A stretch of 64,000 bases of DNA. It comes from Cyanophora paradoxa CCMP329. Lineage: Eukaryota > Plantae > Glaucophyta. The translations under genes were made by a program, and so were the position numbers. Location: NCBI GenBank assembly GCA_004431415.1, contig QPMI01000126.1:1-64000 (forward strand), given 5' to 3'. Below are positions 59,905 to 64,000 of the stretch, in pieces (position 1 is the stretch's first letter; every line of letters begins with the position of its first letter). The notes below the pieces were generated by a model. It made no database searches. It was not told where the DNA came from and was given only the letters and a program-made list of their open reading frames with translations.

Positions 59905-62900
59905 TCGCGCAATGGGTGTGGTACTGACGGCCGCCGTCGCCGAAGAGGGAACGTCAAGGGGTCCTCGACGTCGTCAAATCCAACATGCGTGCCGCGCAGA
60001 CGCGAAGCGAGGCGAGGTAGCTCTGCTCATACGGTGTGCACGGTGTCGAACCGGAGATGACGCTGGCTGGCGGAGCGGTGCCGTCCGCTTGAGGCGAGGT
60101 CGCTTCCGCGTGGTTGTCCGCCTGTGCACGTTCATGAGGACGTCCGTCGCGGCGAATGGCGTGCCCTGCAGGGAGCTGCCGACAGACGCAGCGGGGGCCG
60201 GTGATTGCGCATTGTGGCTGAAAGTATCCGACGCCAAGGATGGGCTTGCAGTCGGCGTTTGCGAGCTTGTTGAGGTGCGGTTGCTGGCCAGCCATAGTGA
60301 ATCTCGTTGATCGCGTCAACTTCGGTCCCGCTGCGCCATCCGTCGTTCAGCCGGCCGGTAGCCAGGCTCTCCGGGGATCGGAACGGGATGGCTTCGCGGT
60401 GGCGCGAGAGAGACGCCCGGAGATATTGACGAGTTGGGGCCAAGCGTGGCGGAGGCGCGTGTCGCGTTGGAGTACGTGCCGCTCGTAGAAACGTGTCCGT
60501 TGAGCGTCATGACTACGGAAGTCATTGTGGAGGACCACGTCCACGCCGCGAGCCGATTGAATTGAGGATGAAGGCCGCCCGAGTGAACAAGGCGCGAGTG
60601 AAAGCGAGGTCGGCTGACAGGCCCTGAGAGGTTGTGAAATCCCACCGAAAGTTCTCGATCTCGTGGAGCGTCTCCAGATTGCGTGGGCGTTGAGTTGGTG
60701 AGACCGCTGAAGCGGCGACCAGTCGTACAAGTGATAACTGCAGCGAATTCAGGGTCTCGAAGGCACGGTGTCGCGCGGACGTGATCCGCTCGTAGTCCGG
60801 TCCCCGTCCAGAGTAGAGGAGCCAGCAGCCCATCGTGAGATCCGTCGACGTCCTGGATTAGTGAGGTCGTTGTATGCGATCGTGTACGTGTGCTGCCGTG
60901 TGAGCGGTCCAAGGAGGCCGTGGGGGCGAACGCGGACGACTGCACGCGCGAGGCTAGGCTCGGCGTCCCGGCCGACGGGGTCTCCGATGAGCTACGGACT
61001 CGCGGTGGAGCCACCACTGTCCGAGCTGGAGTCGTCGCCGTCAGAGTTCCCGTCGTCTCGGTCCCCGTAGGACTACGACGCGGAGGCCTGTTACTGCCAG
61101 ATGGCTTGAAGACAACACCCTGGATGTGACCGAAGCGTGCCAGTCCCGTCGGCTCGTTGGTGCGCAGATCCTTGAAGTCGTCGACCAGACGACGAAGGGT
61201 CGGACAAAGGGCTTGCGCGCAATCCCAGGGTTCCGACGAATGTACTCGTCCGTGCCACGAGCTTGATCTTGCCGTCGAGGCGCGGGTCCCAAATGTACGC
61301 GCGCGACTCCTCTGCCTTCGTCGTAGTGATGTAGTTCATGATGTTAGTGAAGCGCGTGCGGCCTTCGTACGGGTCGACAGGCGCGCCGTGGGGCCGTGAC
61401 CAATGTAAATGTGGGGATCTGACGAAGGAGGCTGTCGTTGTCCGGATCGCCCAGGAGTGACGCAGGGGAGGACGTCGACGATCTGTACCGCCCGGTAGGC
61501 TTCGCGCTAGTGAACGTGATGGGCCGCCTCGTCGCCGCGTCGACGGTGGCGTGATTGTAAACGAATTGTTCCAACCAACCGTGGAGTAGCGCCCGCGCCT
61601 GCGGTTCGCGACTGAAGATGGCGGCGCCGAATTCATTGTAGAATGGATCGAATGTGAAGTTGCCATATTCGGCGTGACGGAATTGCTCGTGTATGTCGGC
61701 GTATCGCTGTTCGAAATCCATAATAGCGTTGCGCACTGCGCTCGCGTTGACGTCATAGACACTGGACGATGCGGGTGTGACGGATCGTTCGTGGGATCGA
61801 AGTCAGCGCCCCGGACTTGGGCGTTGAGTGCGTTGATGACTCCATCCGGGAGTCGGAATGCTACGGGCCAGCAGTGGTTTCGATCCATGTCGACATCTTC
61901 GCGAGCCGCCGGGGTGTCTCGTGCTTGATCTGGACCGCCAACCAGTCGTTGGTTGCCTGTGCAGTAGGGATTCGAAGGCTGTGATAAATGTGCCGGTCGA
62001 CGCGTTCGCAGTCAGGGTACTCGACCTCGTACCATTTGTCGAGTTTGGCACTGCGCGCCACTTCGCCTGAAGCCGTGAAGCGGAAGTGCAGCTCATCCTC
62101 GTGGCTACGAACGTAGTCGATGATGATGTTCCGAGTTCCCCCGGTAGGGGCTCGAGGAAGAACGACAAGGCACCGTGCAGCTTGACTGCCGCCGCCAGGT
62201 ACGCTGCGATTCCGTACACCCAAGTGTGTACCGAAAGCGGGAACCCCAGGACCTGGTGGACGACGGGGGCGTTGCAGGCGCGGTGCCCGTGGGCCCGCGA
62301 CGACGCAGAGACACGACGACGCCCCCAGGGCCAGTGTAGTCATTGACGGACACCGGGAAGTACTTGGGTCGGGGCCGCACGGGTGCGGCCCCGCCGCCTC
62401 GTTTGGGGGTTTCCTCGTGCCCGCGATGATCTGCTGCCAGGTGTTCCGGTTGTTCGCGTCGAAGATAGTGATGTGCGAGCGGTTCTGGATCGCGTTGGGG
62501 CACCGCGGCTGGGTCCGGCCGGTGCAACGTGCGTGAATCGGACGATTCGAGGCCGCACAGGTCAGCATTGGCCGCGTAAGAGTCATGGGCGGCGCGTTGA
62601 GGTCGTCGGGCATGGCAATCTCGTAGAAGCATCGTTCGACATCTTGACGTGAAGCGGAGTCACGGAGGTGCGCGTGGTTGTCCTCGTCGTAGATGCAGTC
62701 GAAGTAGTCGGCATACTTGTTGGCCGGGTGGAACTCGTCGGCGGCCGTGATCAGGAACGATCGGAAGGGCAGGCCCGCGCGGTTGTGCTGGCTGAGTTCG
62801 CCATGGCCGGAGCACCGGCGCGGTACGGGTAGGTGCCGGGGCCGACGCCGTAGCGTAGGACACGACTGAGTGCTCGCGAGAAGTTCGACCAGCGTACGTG

Positions 62901-64000
62901 CATCTTCATGAGGAATGGGCGCATGTACGGGACGCGCCGGAGAAATGCCTCGAGACCAGAGTCGCCGAGTAGCACGTATGGCATGTGGACCTCACCTAGG
63001 ACGTGCATGTACTTCTTTGTCGTGGTGGCGGGATGAACTGGGGTGGTCCCGAGTCGGGATTCCCTCCAGCTCTTCGACCGGCGCGGCTCCGGGAGCTCCT
63101 CCGGTCTGTGCCCGTCCTCCACAGTGAGCTCCTCGGTCAGATCAGCCGTCTGTCCGAACGGGGCTGGGCCTCCGAGGATGTGAGCCGCGACGGCGAAGAT
63201 GTGGGCGCGTGTCGCCCATGTTCCTGGATCGTTTGCAGTACGCTGTGGCCAGGAAGTCCGTGTTCGTGAAGAGAAGCGGTGTCATGAAGATGTGATAGGA
63301 GGTATCCCGTCCCGGATCAGTATCCAGAGGTAGGAAGTCACCTCCAGCTCGCGTCTCCTCGGGCTGTATGTGCGCATGCCGTACGGGAGTGGGGGCGAGG
63401 ATTGTGGAGACGGATTGGGTACCAGTCGTTGATCGTTTGGGCGAATAATTCCCCGTTGATGTGATTGTTGCGCCGTCCAAAACCCGCATAGAACGTGTCG
63501 CGCTCGTTCTCCGTCGAATCAGGTCGCGGTTCCCGTCGGACCATCACGCCGCTCAGATCCGGCCACACTCCGTGCTGGTAGCCAGCGCCGTCGACGACCG
63601 TGAAGCCCTTCGCCCATTCCTCGTTGAGGAAGGCCCAGAATAGACGTCAGGAATGTCAGCGTTCTCCGAGAGTAGCACCTCCTTGAAAGGAACAGTGTGG
63701 AGTTCGCTCAAAATTCTGGAGATGATGGAGTCGACCTCCTCGGAGTGAGCCGGGCGGCCTTGCGCTCCTTCTTCTGCAACTTCTCGTCATTCGGTCGCTT
63801 CTCGCGGGGGCGCTGCGCTCTGTTCCGTAGACCATAGCGCGGGCGCGAAGCCCGAAGTACGTGTTGGAGTTCCAGAAAGTGTCCTTGCTCATGTCGTCGA
63901 CAAGTCCAACGAGGGAATCCCAGTCAGGAACGCGAGGCAAGATGTCGATGCCGTCCGACGTCCACTGTGTCAGGTATCCGTACTCGTCAACGTCGCGCTC
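59905..64000 (-). CDS. Long unidentified coding region in the Gag position of the retrotransposon (multiple frameshifts)
   Basis: Protein-like segments chain across 1-nt shifts (e.g. DWDSLVGLVDDMSKDTFWNSNTYFGLR, KYADYFDCIYDEDNHAH, IIIDYVRSHEDELHFRF, DFEQRYADIHEQFRHAEYGNFTFDPFYNEF). No CCHC knuckle or known domain recognised. Confidence 0.6.

Larger units (their letters stand above)
53635..64000 (-). mobile_element. Ty3/Gypsy LTR retrotransposon, 5' part running off the window
   Basis: Domain order is PR-RT-RH-INT on the minus strand; the region is intronless and lower in GC than host genes. Confidence 0.93.

Overview
Eukaryotic, extremely GC-rich, intron-dense nuclear DNA from a plastid-bearing protist. 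A glaucophyte such as Cyanophora is plausible but is only an inference, resting on an At5g03900-type gene whose presequence starts MEASSAF. Most ORFs in the supplied track are GC artefacts, so real genes were rebuilt by hand across many 45-90 nt introns. Order: ATRX/ARIP4-like SNF2 ATPase (+, 5' end outside window); a ~13 kb tandem array of a ~2.76 kb unit (about 4.8 copies), each unit carrying five TGCA-centred palindromes; APC7 (-); At5g03900-like plastid membrane protein (+); unknown gene (-); RPL36A/eL42 (+); YIPF3-like (+); a CaMKK/GRIK-type kinase fused to a catalytically degenerate BAHD acyltransferase domain (-); EEP-family phosphohydrolase (+); RPS13 (-); MSH6 (+); a 2 kb lower-GC insert with a small orphan gene; a second, 5'-truncated MSH6 copy (+); GSK3-like kinase (-); flavin reductase-like gene (+); and a >10 kb Ty3/Gypsy retrotransposon (-) with a very long unidentified ORF upstream of its protease. 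Four observations stand out. (1) The intron grammar is unusual: G[T/C][G/C]C[G/C]C donors, frequent GC-AG, a (CCCCG)n 5' arm and (GGGGC)n 3' arm, and no polypyrimidine tract. (2) Comparing repeat copies directly shows a mutational process that inserts short palindromes, and palindrome-mosaic tracts occur at junctions. (3) The macrosatellite unit carries an ordered palindrome cluster. (4) The kinase-pseudoBAHD fusion. Many single-base G/C-run deletions look like long-read errors.
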